Part shown: one piece after another, positions 23,301 through 40,230 of the stretch | Position numbering within the stretch: position 1 is the first letter of the stretch | Layout of the letters: every line of letters begins with the position of its first letter | Assembly (NCBI GenBank): GCA_964016885.1 | Contig: OZ024741.1 | Location: 197,346,001-197,410,000, forward strand | Direction: 5' to 3' | Source: Eledone cirrhosa | Lineage: Eukaryota | DNA: 64,000 nucleotides | Translations under genes and position numbers: made by a program | The notes under the pieces: generated by a model | The model's database searches: none | Seen by the model: only the letters and a program-made list of their open reading frames with translations | What the model was told of the DNA's origin: nothing

Positions 23301-26300
23301 CAACAAAGGATTACCATTACCTTTAATAAGTTACCACTACCAACAAAGGATTACCATTACCTTTAATAAGTTACCACTACCAACAAAGGATTACCATTAC
23401 CTTTAATAAGTTACCACTACCAATAAAGGATTACCATTACCTTTAATAAGTTACCACTACCAACAAAGGATTACCATTGCCTTTAATAAGTTACCACTAC
23501 CAACAAAGGATTACCTTTACCTTTAATAAGTTACCACTACCAATAAAGGACTGCCATTACCTTTAATAAGTTACCACTACCAACAAAGGATTACTATTAC
23601 CTTTAATAAGTTACCACTACCAACAAAGGACTGCCATTACCTTTAATAAGTTACCACTACCAACAAAGAATTACCATTACCTTTAATAAGTTACCACTAC
23701 CAATAAAAGATTACCATTACCTTTAATAAGTTACCACTACCAATAAAGGATTACCATTACCTTTAATAAGTTACCACTTCCAACAAAGGATTACCATTAC
23801 CTTTAATAAGTTACCACTACCAACAAAGGATCACCATTACCTTTAATAAGTTACCACTACCAACAAAGGATTAGCTTTACCTTTAATAAGTTACTACTAC
23901 CAACAAAGTACTGCCATTACCTTTAATAAGTTACCATTACCAACAAAGGATTACCATTACCTTTAAAAAGTTACCACTACCAACAAAGGATTACCATTAC
24001 CTTTAATAAGTTACCACTACCAACAAAGCATTACCATTACCTTTAATAAGTTACCACTACCAACAAAGGATTACCATTACCTTTAATAAGTTACCACTAC
24101 CAACAAAGGATTACCATCACCTTTAATAAGTTACCACTACCAACAAAGGATTACCATTACCTTTAATAAGTTACCACTACCAACAAAGGATTACCATCAC
24201 CTTTAATAAGTTACCACTACCAACAAAGGATTACCATTACCTTTAATAAGTTACCACTAACAATAAAGGACTGCCATTACCTTTAATAAGTTACCACTAC
24301 CAACAAAGGATTACCATTACCTTTAATAAGTTACCACTACCAACAAAGGATCACCATTACCTTTAATAAGTTACCACTACCAACAAAGCATTACCTTTAC
24401 CTTTAATAAGTTACCACTACCAACAAAGGATTACCATTACCTTTAATGAGTTACCACTACCAACAAAGCATTTCCATTACCTTTAATAAGTTACCACTAC
24501 CAACAAAGGATTACCATTACCTTCAATAAGTTACCACTACCAACAAAGGATTACCATTACCTTTAATAATTTACCACTACCAATAAAGGACTGCCATTAC
24601 CTTTAATAAGTTACCACTACCAACAAAGGATTACCATTACCTTTAATAAGTTACCACTACCAACAAAGGACTGCCATTACCCTTAATAAGTTACCACTAC
24701 CAATAAAGGACTGCCATTACCTTTAATAAGATACCACTACCAACAAAGGACTGCCATTACCTTTAATAAGTTACCACTACCAACAAAGGATTACCTTTAC
24801 CTTTAATAAGTTACCACTATCAACAAAGGATTAGCATTACCTTTAATAAGTTACCACTAGCAACAAAGGACTGCCATTACCTTTAATAAGTTACCACTAA
24901 CAATAAAGGATTACCATTACCTTTAATAAGTTACCACTACCAACAAAGGATTACCATTACCTTTAATAAGTTACCACTACCAACAAAGGATTACCATTAC
25001 CTTTAATAAGTTACCACTACCAACAAAGGATTACCATTACCTTATATAAGTTACCACTACCAATAAATGATTACCATTACCTTTAATAAGTTACCACTAC
25101 CAACAAAGGATTACCTTTACCTTTAATAAGTTACCACTGCCAACAAAGGATTACCATTACCTTTAATAAGTTACCACTACCAATAAAGGATTACCATTAC
25201 CTTTAATCAGTTACCACTACCAACAAAGGATTACCATTACCTTTAATAAGTTACTACTACCAACAAAGTACTGCCATTACCTTTAATAAGTTACCATTAC
25301 CAACAAAGGATTACCATTACCTTTAATAAGTTACCACTACCAACAAAGGATTACCATTACCTTTAATAAGTTACCACTACCAACAAAGGATTACCATTAC
25401 CTTTAATAAGTTACCACTACCAATAAAGGATTACCATTACCTTTAATAAGTTACCACTACCAACAAAGGATTACCATTGCCTTTAATAAGTTACCACTAC
25501 CAACAAAGGATTACCTTTACCTTTAATAAGTTACCACTACCAATAAAGGACTGCCATTACCTTTAATAAGTTACCACTACCAACAAAGGATTACTATTAC
25601 CTTTAATAAGTTACCACTACCAACAAAGGACTGCCATTACCTTTAATAAGTTACCACTACCAACAAAGAATTACCATTACCTTTAATAAGTTACCACTAC
25701 CAATAAAAGATTACCATTACCTTTAATAAGTTACCACTACCAATAAAGGATTACCATTACCTTTAATAAGTTACCACTTCCAACAAAGGATTACCATTAC
25801 CTTTAATAAGTTACCACTACCAACAAAGGATCACCATTACCTTTAATAAGTTACCACTACCAACAAAGGATTAGCTTTACCTTTAATATGTTACTACTAC
25901 CAACAAAGTACTGCCATTACCTTTAATAAGTTACCATTACCAACAAAGGATTACCATTACCTTTAAAAAGTTACCACTACCAACAAAGGATTACCATTAC
26001 CTTTAATAAGTTACCACTACCAACAAAGCATTACCATTACCTTTAATAAGTTACCACTACCAACAAAGGATTACCATTACCCTTAATAAGTTACCACTAC
26101 CAACAAAGGATTACCATCACCTTTAATAAGTTACCACTACCAACAAAGGATTACCATTACCTTTAATAAGTTACCACTAACAATAAAGGACTGCCATTAC
26201 CTTTAATAAGTTACCACTACCAACAAAGGATTACCATTACCTTTAATAAGTTACCACTACCAACAAAGGATCACCATTACCTTTAATAAGTTACCACTAC

Positions 26301-29300
26301 CAACAAAGCATTACCTTTACCTTTAATAAGTTACCACTACCAACAAAGGATTACCATTACCTTTAATGAGTTACCACTACCAACAAAGCATTTCCATTAC
26401 CTTTAATAAGTTACCACTACCAACAAAGGATTACCATTACCTTTAATAAGTTACCACTACCAACAAAGGATTACCATTACCTTCAATAAGTTACCACTAC
26501 CAACAAAGGATTACCATTACCTTTAATAATTTACCACTACCAATAAAGGACTGCCATACCTTTAATAAGTTACCACTACCAACAAAGGATTACCATTACC
26601 TTTAATAAGTTACCACTACCAACAAAGGACTGCCATTATCCTTAATAAGTTACCACTACCAATAAAGGACTGCCATTACCTTTAATAAGTTACCACTACC
26701 AACAAAGGATTACTATTACCTTTAATAAGTTACCACTACCAACAAAGGACTGCCATTACCTTTAATAAGTTACCACTACCAACAAAGGATTACCTTTACC
26801 TTTAATAAGTTACCACTATCAACAAAGGATTACCATTACCTTTAATAAGTTACCACTAGCAACAAAGGACTGCCATTACCTTTAATAAGTTACCACTAAC
26901 AATAAAGGATTACCATTACCTTTAATAAGTTACCACTACCAACAAAGGATTACCATTACCTTTAATAATTTACCACTACCAACAAAGGATTACCATTACC
27001 TTTAATAAGTTACCACTACCAACAAAGGATTACCATTACCTTATATAAGTTACCACTACCAATAAATGATTACCATTACCTTTAATAAGTTACCACTACC
27101 AACAAAGGATTACCTTTACCTTTAATAAGTTACCACTGCCAACAAAGGATTACCATTACCTTTAATAAGTTACCACTACCAATAAAGGATTACCATTACC
27201 TTTAATCAGTTACCACTACCAACAAAGGATTACCATTACCTTTAATAAGTTACCACTACCAACAAAGGATTACCATTACCTTTAATAAGTTACCACTACC
27301 AACAAAGGATTACCATTACTTTTAATAAGTTACCACTACCAACAAAGGATTACCATGACCTTTAATAAGTTACCACTACCAACAAAGGATTACCATTACC
27401 TTTAATAAGTTACCACTACCAATAAAGGATTACCATTACCTTTAATAAGTTACCACTACCAACAAAGGATTACCATTGCCTTTAATAAGTTACCACTACC
27501 AACAAAGGATTTCCTTTACCTTTAATAAGTTACCACTACCAATAAAGGACTGCCATTACCTTTAATAAGTTACCACTACCAACAAAGGATTACCATTACC
27601 TTTAATAAGTTACCACTACCAACAAAGCATTACCATTACCTTTAATAAGTTACCACTACCAACAAAGGATTACCATTACCTTTAATAAGTTACCACTACC
27701 AACAAAGGATTACCATCACCTTTAATAAGTTACCACTACCAACAAAGGATTACCATTACCTTTAAAAAGTTACCACTACCAACAAAGGATTACCATTACC
27801 TTTAATAAGTTACCACTACCAATAAAGGACTGCCATTACCTTTAATAAGTTACCACTACCAACAAAGGATTACCATTACCTTTAATAAGTTACCACTACC
27901 AATAAAGGACTGCCATTACCTTTAATAAGTTACCACTACCAACAAAGGATCACCATTACCTTTAATAACTTACCACTACCAACAAAGCATTACCTTTAAT
28001 AAGTTACCATTACCAACAAAGGATTACCATTACCTTTAATGAGTTACCACTACCAACAAAGCATTACCATTACCTTTAATAAGTTACCACTACCAACAAA
28101 GGATTACCATTACCTTTAATATGTTACCACTACCAACAAAGGATTACCATTACCTTTAATAAGTTACCACTTCTAACAAAGGATTACCATTACCTTTAAT
28201 AAGTTACCACTACCAACAAAGGATCACCATTACCTTTAATAAGTTACCACTACCAAAAAAGGATTACCATTACCTTTAATAAGTTACCACTACCAACAAA
28301 GGATTAGCTTTACCTTTAATAAGTTACCACTACCAATAAAGGAGTGCCATTACCCTTAATAAGTTACCACTACCAACAAAGGATTACCATTCTCTTTAAT
28401 AAGTTACCACTACCAACAAAGTACTGCCATTACCTTTAATAAGTTACCACTACCAACAAAGGATTCCCATTCTCTTTAATAATTTACCACTACCAACAAA
28501 GTACTGCCATTACCTTTAATAAGTTACCATTACCAACAAAGGATTACCATTACCTTTAAAAAGTTACCACTACCAACAAAGGATTACCATTACCTTTAAT
28601 AAGTTACCACTACCAACAAAGCATTACCATTACCTTTAATAAGTTACCACTACCAACAAAGGATTACCATTACCTTTAATAAGTTACCACTACCAACAAA
28701 GGATTACCATCACCTTTAATAAGTTACCACTACCAACAAAGGATTACCATTACCTTTAATAAGTTACCACTACCAATAAAGGACTGCCATTACCTTTAAT
28801 AAGTTACCACTACCAACAAAGGATTACCATTACCTTAAATAAGTTACCACTACCAACAAAGGATCACCATTACCTTTAATAAGTTACCACTACCAACAAA
28901 GCATTACCTTTAATAAGTTACCACTACCAACAAAGGATTACCATTACCTTTAATGAGTTACCACTACCAACAAAGCATTACCATTACCTTTAATAAGTTA
29001 CCACTACCAACAAAGGATTACCATTACCTTTAATATGTTACCACTACCAACAAAGGATTACCATTACCTTTAATAAGTTACCACTACCAACAAAGGATTA
29101 CCATTACCTTTAATAAGTTACCACTACCAACAAAGGACTGCCATTACCCTTAATAAGTTACCACTACTAATAAAGGACTGCCATTACCTTTAATAAGTTA
29201 CCACTACCAACAAAGGATTACTATTACCTTTAATAAGTTACCACTACCAACAAAGGATTACCTTTACCTTTAATAAGTTACCACTATCAACAAAGGATTA

Positions 29301-32300
29301 CCATTACCTTTAATAAGTTACCACTACCAACAAAGGATTACCATTACCTTTAATAAGTTACCACTACCAATAAAGGATTACCATTACCTTTAATAAGTTA
29401 CCACTACAAACAAAGGATTACCATTACCTTTAATAAGTTACCACTACCAAGAAATGATTAACATTACGTTTAATAAGTTACCACTAACAATAAAGGATTA
29501 CCATTACCTTTAATAAGTTACCACAACAAACAAAGGATTACCATTACCTCTAATGAGTTACCACTACCAACAAAGGATTACCATTACCTTTAATAAGTTA
29601 CCACTACCAACAAAGGATTACCATTACCTTTAATAAGTTACCACTACCAACAAAGGATTACCATTACCTTTAATAAGTTACCACTACCAACAAAGGATTA
29701 CCATTACCTTTAATTAGTTACCACTACCAACAAAGGATTACCATTACCTTTAATAAGTTACCACTGCCAATAAAGGATTACCATTACCTTTAATAAGTTA
29801 CCACTACCAACAAAGGATTACCATTACCTTTAATAAGTTACCACTACCAACAAAGGATTACCATTACCTTTAATAAGTTACCACTACCAACAAAGGATTA
29901 CTATTACTTTTAATAAGTTACCACTACCAATAAAGGATTACCATTACCTTTAATAAGTTACCACTACCTACAAATGATTAACATTACCTTTAATAAGTTA
30001 CCACTACCAATAAAGGAATAACTTTACCTTTAATAAGTTACCACTACCAACAAAGTACTGCCATTACCTTTAATATGTTACCACTACCAACAAAGGATTA
30101 CCATTACCTTTAATAAGTTACCACTACCAACAAAGGATTACCATTACTTTAATAAGTTACCACTACCAACAAAGCATTACCTTCACCTTTAATAAGTTAC
30201 CACTACCAACAAAGGATTACCATTACCTTTAATAAGTTACCACTACCAACAAAGGATTACCATTACCTTTAATAAGTTACCACTACCAACAAAGGATTAC
30301 TATTACCTTTAATAAGTTACCACTACCAATAAAGGATTACCATTACCTTTAATAAGTTACCACTACCTACAAATGATTAACATTATCTTTAATAAGTTAC
30401 CACTACCAATAAAGGAATAACTTTACCTTTAATAAGTTACCACTACCAACAAAGTACTGCCATTACCTTTCATATGTTACCACTACCAACAAAGGATTAC
30501 CATTACCTTTAATAAGTTACCACTACCAACAAAGGATTACCATTACCTTTAATAAGTTACCACTACCAACAAAGCATTACCATTACCTTTAATAAGTTAC
30601 CACTACCAACAAAGGACTACCATTACCTTTAATAAGTTAGCACTACCAACAAAGCATTACCATTACCTTTAATAAGTTACCACTACCAACAAAGGATTAC
30701 CATTACCTTTAATAAGTTACCACTACCAACAAAGGACTACCATTACCTTTAATAAGTTACCACTACCAACAAAGCATTACCATTACCTTTAATAAGTTAC
30801 CACTACCAACAAAGGATTACCATTACCTTTAATAAGTTACCACTACCAACAAAGGATTACCATTACCTTTAATAAGTTACCACTACCAACAAAGCATTAC
30901 CATTACCTTTAATAAGTTACCACTACCAACAAAGCATTACCATTACCTTTAATAAGTTACCACTACCAACAAAGCATTACCATTACCTTTAATAAGTTAC
31001 CACTACCAACAAAGGACTACCATTACCTTTAATAAGTTACCACTACCAACAAAGCATTACCATTACCTTTAATAAGTTACCACTACCAACAAAGGATTAC
31101 CATTACCTTTAATAAGTTACCACTACCAATAAAGGATTACCATTACCTTTAATAAGTTACCACTACCAACAAAGGATTACCATTACCTTTAATAAGTTAC
31201 CACTACCAACAAAGGATTACCATTACCTTTAATAAGTTACCACTACCAATAAAGGATTACCATTACCTTTAATAAGTTACCACTACCAACAAAGGATTAC
31301 CATTACCTTTAATAAGTTACCACTACCAACAAAGGATTACTATTACCTTTAATAAGTTACCACTACCAATAAAGGATTACCATTACCTTTAATAAGTTAC
31401 CACTACCTACAAATGATTAACATTATCTTTAATAAGTTACCACTACCAATAAAGGAATAACTTTACCTTTAATAAGTTACCACTACCAACAAAGTACTGC
31501 CATTACCTTTCATATGTTACCACTACCAACAAAGGATTACCATTACCTTTAATAAGTTACCACTACCAAGAAATGATTAACATTACCTTTAATAAGTTAC
31601 CACTACCAATAAAGGACTGCCATTACCTTTAATAAGTTACCACTACCAACAAAGGATTACCATTACCTTTAATGAGTTACCACTACCAACAAAGGACTGC
31701 CATTACCTTTAATAAGTTACCACTACCAACAAAGGATTACCATTACCTTTAATGAGTTACCACTACCAACAAAGGATTACCATTACCTTTAATAAGTTAC
31801 CACTAGCAACAAAGGATTACCACTACCAACAAAGGACTGCCATTACCTTTAATAAGTTACCACTACCAACAAAGGACTGCCATTACCTTTAATAAGTTAC
31901 CACTACCAACAAAGGACTGCCATTACCTTTAATAAGTTACCACTACCAACAAAGGACTGCCATTACCTTTAATAAGTTACCACTACCAACAAAGGACTGC
32001 CATTACCTTTAATAAGTTACCACTACCAACAAAGGATTACCATTACATTTAATGAGTTACCACTACCAACAAAGGACTGCCATTACCTTTAATAAGTTAC
32101 CACTACCAACAAAGGACTGCCATTACCTTTAGTAAGTTACCACTACCAACAAAGGACTGCCATTACCTTTAATAAGTTACCACTACCAACAAAGGACTGC
32201 CATTACCTTTAATAAGTTACCACTACCAACAAAGGATTACCATTACCTTTAATAAGTTACCACTACCAACAAAGGATTACCATTACCTTTAATAAGTTAC

Positions 32301-35300
32301 CACTACCAATAAAGGAATAACTTTACATTTAATAAGTTACCACTACTAACAAAGTACTGCCATTACCTTTAATATGTTACCACTACCAACAAAGGATTAC
32401 CATTCCCTTTAATAAGTTACCACTACCAATAAAGGATTGCCATTACCTTTAATAAGTTACCACTACCAACAAAGGATTACCATTACCTTTAATAAGTTAC
32501 CACTACCAACAAAGGATTACCATTACCTTATATAAGTTACCACTACCAATAAATGATTACCATTACCTTTAATAAGTTACCACTACCAACAAAGGATTAC
32601 CTTTAACTTTAATAAGTTACCACTGCCAACAAAGGATTACCATTACCTTTAATAAGTTACCACTACCAATAAAGGATTACCATTACCTTTAATCAGTTAC
32701 CACTACCAACAAAGGATTACCATTACCTTTAATAAGTTACCACTACCAACAAAGGATTACCATTACCTTTAATAAGTTACCACTACCAACAAAGCATTAC
32801 CATTACCTTTAATAAGTTACCACTACCAACAAAGCATTACCATTACCTTTATTAAGTTACCACTACCAACAAAGGACTACCATTACCTTTAATAAGTTAC
32901 CACTACCAACAAAGCATTACCATTACCTTTAATAAGTTACCACTACCAACAAAGGATTAACATTACCTTTAATAAGTTACCACTACCAATAAAGGATTAC
33001 CATTACCTTTAATAAGTTACCACTACCAACAAAGGATTACCATTACCTTTAATAAGTTACCACTACCAACAAAGGATTACCATTACCTTTAATAAGTTAC
33101 CACTACCAACAAAGGATTACCATTACCTTTAATAAGTTACCACTACCAAGAAATGATTAACATTACCTTTAATAAGTTACCACTACCAATAAAGGACTGC
33201 CATTACCTTTAATAAGTTACCACTACCAACAAAGGATTACCATTACCTTTAATGAGTTACCACTACCAACAAAGGACTGCCATTACCTTTAATAAGTTAC
33301 CACTACCAACAAAGGATTACCATTACCTTTAATGAGTTACCACTACCAACAAAGGATTACCATTACCTTTAATAAGTTACCACTAGCAACAAAGGATTAC
33401 CATTACCTTTAATGAGTTACCACTACCAACAAAGGACTGCCATTACCTTTAATAAGTTACCACTACCAACAAAGGACTGCCATTACCTTTAATAAGTTAC
33501 CACTACCAACAAAGGACTGCCATTACCTTTAATAAGTTACCACTACCAACAAAGGACTGCCATTACCTTTAATAAGTTACCACTACCAACAAAGGACTGC
33601 CATTACCTTTAATAAGTTACCACTACCAACAAAGGATTACCATTACATTTAATGAGTTACCACTACCAACAAAGGACTGCCATTACCTTTAATAAGTTAC
33701 CACTACCAACAAAGGACTGCCATTACCTTTAATAAGTTACCACTACCAACAAAGGATTACCATTACCTTTAATAAGTTACCACTACCAACAAAGGATTAC
33801 CATTACCTTTAATAAGTTACCACTACCAATAAAGGAATAACTTTACCTTTAATAAGTTACCACTACTAACAAAGTACTGCCATTACCTTTAATATGTTAC
33901 CACTACCAACAAAGGATTACCATTACCTTTAATAAGTTACCACTACCAACAAAGGATTACCATTACCTTTAATAAGTTACCACTACCAATAAAGGATTAC
34001 CATTACCTTTAATAAGTTACCACTACCAACAAAGGATTACCATTACCTTTAATATGTTACCACTACCAACAAAGGATTACCATTACCTTTAATAAGTTAC
34101 CACTACCAATAAAGGATTACCATTACCTTTAATAAGTTACCACTACCAATAAAGGATTACCATTACCTTTATAAGTTACCACTACCAACAAAGGATTACC
34201 ATTACCTTTAATAAGTTACCATTACCAACAAAGGATTACCATTACCTTATATAAGTTACCACTACCAATAAATGATTACCATTACCTTTAATAAGTTACC
34301 ACTACCAACAAAGGATTACCTTTACCTTTAATAAGTTACCACTGCCAACAAAGGATTACCATTACCTTTAATAAGTTACCACTACCAATAAAGGATTACC
34401 ATTACCTTTAATAAGTTACCACTACAAACAAAGGATTACCATTACCTTTAATAAGTTACCACTACCAATAAAGGACTGCCATTACCTTTAATAAGTTACC
34501 ACTACCAACAAAGGATTACCATTACCTTTAATAAGTTACCACTACCAACAAAGGATCACCATTACCTTTAATAAGTTACCACTACCAACAAAGCATTACC
34601 TTTAATAAGTTACCACTACCAACAAAGGATTACCATTACCTTTAATGAGTTACCACTACCAACAAAGCATTACCATTACCTTTAATAAGTTACCACTACC
34701 AACAAAGGATTACCATTACCTTTAATATGTTACCACTACCAACAAAGGATTACCATTACCTTTAATAAGTTACCACTTCCAACAAAGGATTACCATTACC
34801 TTTAATAAGTTACCACTACCAACAAAGGATCACCATTACCTTTAATAAGTTACCACTACCAAAAAAGGATTACCATTACCTTTAATAAGTTACCACTACC
34901 AACAAAGGATTAGCTTTACCTTTAATAAGTTACCACTACCAATAAAGGAGTGCCATTACCCTTAATAAGTTACCACTACCAACAAAGGATTACCATTCTC
35001 TTTAATAAGTTACCACTACCAACAAAGTACTGCCATTACCTTTAATAAGTTACCACTACCAACAAAGGATTCCCATTCTCTTTAATAAGTTACCACTACC
35101 AACAAAGTACTGCCATTACCTTTAATAAGTTACCATTACCAACAAAGGATTACCATTACCTTTAAAAAGTTACCACTACCAACAAAGGATTACCATTACC
35201 TTTAATAAGTTACCACTACCAACAAAGCATTACCATTACCTTTAATAAGTTACCACTACCAACAAAGGATTACCATTACCTTTAATAAGTTACCACTACC

Positions 35301-38300
35301 AACAAAGGATTACCATCACCTTTAATAAGTTACCACTACCAACAAAGGATTACCATTACCTTTAATAAGTTACCACTACCAATAAAGGACTGCCATTACC
35401 TTTAATAAGTTACCACTACCAACAAAGGATTACCATTACCTTTAATAAGTTACCACTACCAACAAAGGATCACCATTACCTTTAATAAGTTACCACTACC
35501 AACAAAGCATTACCTTTAATAAGTTACCACTACCAACAAAGGATTACCATTACCTTTAATGAGTTACCACTACCAACAAAGCATTACCATTACCTTTAAT
35601 AATTACCACTACCAACAAAGGATTACCATTACCTTTACTATGTTACCACTACCAACAAAGGATTACCATTACCTTTAATAAGTTACCACTACCAACAAAG
35701 GATTACCATTACCTTTAATAATTTACCACTACCAATAAAGGACTGCCAATACCTTTAATAAGTTACCACTACCAACAAAGGATTACCATTACCTTTAATA
35801 AGTTACCACTACCAACAAAGGACTGCCATTACCCTTAATAAGTTACCACTACTAATAAAGGACTGCCATTACCTTTAATAAGTTACCACTACCAACAAAG
35901 GATTACTATTACCTTTAATAAGTTACCACTACCAACAAATGACTGCCATTACCTTTAATAAGTTACCACTACCAACAAAGGATTACCTTTACCTTTAATA
36001 AGTTACCACTATCAACAAAGGATTACCATTACCTTTAATAAGTTACCAATACCAACAAAGGATTACCATTACCTTTAATAAGTTACCACTACCAATAAAG
36101 GATTACCATTACCTTTAATAAGTTACCACTACAAACAAAGGATTACCATTACCTTTAATAAGTTACCACTACAAACAAAGGATTACCATTACCTTTAATA
36201 AGTTACCACTACCAAGAAATGATTAACATTACGTTTAATAAGTTACCACTAACAATAAAGGATTACCATTACCTTTAATAAGTTACCACTACAAACAAAG
36301 GATTACCATTACCTTTAATGAGTTACCACTACCAACAAAGGATTACCATTACCTTTAATAAGTTACCACTACCAACAAAGGATTACCATTACCTTTAATA
36401 AGTTACCACTACCAACAAAGGATTACCATTACCTTTAATAAGTTACCACTACCAACAAAGGATTACCATTACCTTTAATTAGTTACCACTACCAACAAAG
36501 GATTACCATTACCTTTAATAAGTTACCACTGCCAATAAAGGATTACCATTACCTTTAATAAGTTACCACTACCAACAAAGGATTACCATTACCTTTAATA
36601 AGTTACCACTACCAACAAAGGATTACCATTACCTTTAATAAATTACCACTACCAACAAAGGATTACTATTACTTTTAATAAGTTACCACTACCAATAAAG
36701 GATTACCATTACCTTTAATAAGTTAACACTACCTACAAATGATTAACATTACCTTTAATAAGTTACCACTACCAATAAAGGAATAACTTTACCTTTAATA
36801 AGTTACCACTACCAACAAAGTACTGCCATTACCTTTAATATGTTACCACTACCAACAAAGGATTACCATTACCTTTAATAAGTTACCACTACCAACAAAG
36901 GATTACCATTACCTTTAATAAGTTACCACTACCAACAAAGCATTACCTTTACCTTTAATAAGTTACCACTACCAACAAAGGATTACCATTACCTTTAATA
37001 AGTTACCACTACCAACAAAGGATTACCATTACCTTTAATAAGTTACCACTACCAACAAAGGATTACTATTACCTTTAATAAGTTACCACTACCAATAAAG
37101 GATTACCATTACCTTTAATAAGTTACCACTACCTACAAATGATTAACATTATCTTTAATAAGTTACCACTACCAATAAAGGAATAACTTTACCTTTAATA
37201 AGTTACCACTACCAACGAAGTACTGCCATTACCTTTAATATGTTACCACTACCAACAAAGGATTACCATTACCTTTAATAAGTTACCACTACCAACAAAG
37301 GATTACCATTACCTTTAATAAGTTACCACTACCAACAAAGCATTACCATTTCCTTTAATAAGTTACCACTACCAACAAAGGACTACCATTACCTTTAATA
37401 AGTTACCACTACCAACAAAGCATTACCATTACCTTTAATAAGTTACCACTACCAACAAAGGATTACCATTACCTTTAATAAGTTACCACTACCAACAAAG
37501 GACTACCATTACCTTTAATAAGTTACCACTACCAACAAAGCATTACCATTACCTTTAATAAGTTACCACTACCAACAAAGGATTACCATTACCTTTAATA
37601 AGTTACCACTACCAACAAAGGATTACCATTACCTTTAATAAGTTACCACTACCAACAAAGGATTACCATTACCTTTAATAAGTTACCACTACCAACAAAG
37701 GATTACCATTACCTTTAATTAGTTACCACTACCAACAAAGGATTACCATTACCTTTAATAAGTTACCACTGCCAATAAAGGATTACCATTACCTTTAATA
37801 AGTTACCACTACCAACAAAGGATTACCATTACCTTTAATAAGTTACCACTACCAACAAAGGATTACCATTACCTTTAATAAATTACCACTACCAACAAAG
37901 TATTACTATTACTTTTAATAAGTTACCACTACCAATAAAGGATTACCATTACCTTTAATAAGTTACCACTACCTACAAATGATTAACATTACCTTTAATA
38001 AGTTACCACTACCAATAAAGGAATAACTTTACCTTTAATAAGTTACCACTACCAACAAAGTACTGCCATTACCTTTAATATGTTACCACTACCAACAAAG
38101 GATTACCATTACCTTTAATAAGTTACCACTACCAACAAAGGATTACCATTACCTTTAATAAGTTACCACTACCAACAAAGCATTACCTTTACCTTTAATA
38201 AGTTACCACTACCAACAAAGGATTACCATTACCTTTAATAAGTTACCACTACCAACAAAGGATTACCATTACCTTTAATAAGTTACCACTACCAACAAAG

Positions 38301-40230
38301 GATTACTATTACCTTTAATAAGTTACCACTACCAATAAAGGATTACCATTACCTTTAATAAGTTACCACTACCTACAAATGATTAACATTATCTTTAATA
38401 AGTTACCACTACCAATAAAGGAATAACTTTACCTTTAATAAGTTACCACTACCAACAAAGTACTGCCATTACCTTTAATATGTTACCAATACCAACAAAG
38501 GATTACCATTACCTTTAATAAGTTACCACTACCAACAAAGGATTACCATTACCTTTAATAAGTTACCACTACCAACAAAGCATTACCATTACCTTTAATA
38601 AGTTACCACTACCAACAAAGGACTACCATTACCTTTAATAAGTTACCACTACCAACAAAGCATTACCATTACCTTTAATAAGTTACCACTACCAACAAAG
38701 GATTACCATTACCTTTAATAAGTTACCACTACCGACAAAGGACTACCATTACCTTTAATAAGTTACCACTACCAACAAAGCATTACCATTACCTTTAATA
38801 AGTTACCACTACCAACAAAGGATTACCATTACCTTTAATAAGTTACCACTACCAACAAAGGATTACCATTACCTTTAATAAGTTACCACTACCAACAAAG
38901 CATTACCATTACCTTTAATAAGTTACCACTACCAACAAAGCATTACCATTACCTTTAATAAGTTACCACTACCAACAAAGGACTACCATTACCTTTAATA
39001 AGTTACCACTACCAACAAAGCATTACCATTACCTTTAATAAGTTACCACTACCAACAAAGGATTACCATTACCTTTAATAAGTTACCACTACCAATAAAG
39101 GATTACCATTACCTTTAATAAGTTACCACTACCAACAAAGGATTACCATTACCTTTAATAAGTTACCACTACCAACAAAGGATTACCATTACCTTTAATA
39201 AGTTACCACTACCAACAAAGGATTACCATTACCTTTAATAAGTTACCACTACCAAGAAATGATTAACATTACCTTTAATAAGTTACCACTACCAATAAAG
39301 GACTGCCATTACCTTTAATAAGTTACCACTACCAACAAAGGATTACCATTACCTTTAATGAGTTACCACTACCAACAAAGGACTGCCATTACCTTTAATA
39401 AGTTACCACTACCAACAAAGGATTACCATTACCTTTAATGAGTTACCACTACCAACAAAGGATTACCATTACCTTTAATAAGTTACCACTAGCAACAAAG
39501 GATTACCATTACCTTTAATGAGTTACCACTACCAACAAAGGACTGCCATTACCTTTAATAAGTTACCACTACCAACAAAGGACTGCCATTACCTTTAATA
39601 AGTTACCACTACCAACAAAGGACTGCCATTACCTTTAATAAGTTACCACTACCAACAAAGGACTGCCATTACCTTTAATAAGTTACCACTACCAACAAAG
39701 GACTGCCATTACCTTTAATAAGTTACCACTACCAACAAAGGATTACTATTACCTTTAATGAGTTACCACTACCAACAAAGGACTGCCATTACCTTTAATA
39801 AGTTACCACTACCAACAAAGGACTGCCATTACCTTTAATAAGTTACCACTACCAACAAAGGACTGCCATTACCTTTAATAAGTTACCACTACCAACAAAG
39901 GACTGCCATTACCTTTAATAAGTTACCACTACCAACAAAGGATTACCATTACCTTTAATAAGTTACCACTACCAACAAAGGATTACCATTACCTTTAATA
40001 AGTTACCACTACCAATAAAGGAATAACTTTACCTTTAATAAGTTACCACTACTAACAAAGTACTGCCATTACCTTTAATATGTTACCACTACCAACAAAG
40101 GATTACCGTTCCCTTTAATAAGTTACCACTACCAATAAAGGATTACCATTACCTTTAATAAGTTACCACTACCAACAAAGGATTACCATTACCTTTAATA
40201 AGTTACCACTACCAATAAAGGGCTGCCATT
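20385..40230 (+). repeat. 40-bp satellite, ~500 copies (ttaccactaccaacaaaggattaccattacctttaataag)
   Basis: Continuous period-40 array with point variants and rare small deletions. The unit consists of two related 20-mers. Confidence 0.99.

Noticed and set aside
20385-40230. CRISPR-like array or coding repeat
   Set aside because: No unique spacers, no cas genes, eukaryotic context, and stops in all frames. It is a satellite.
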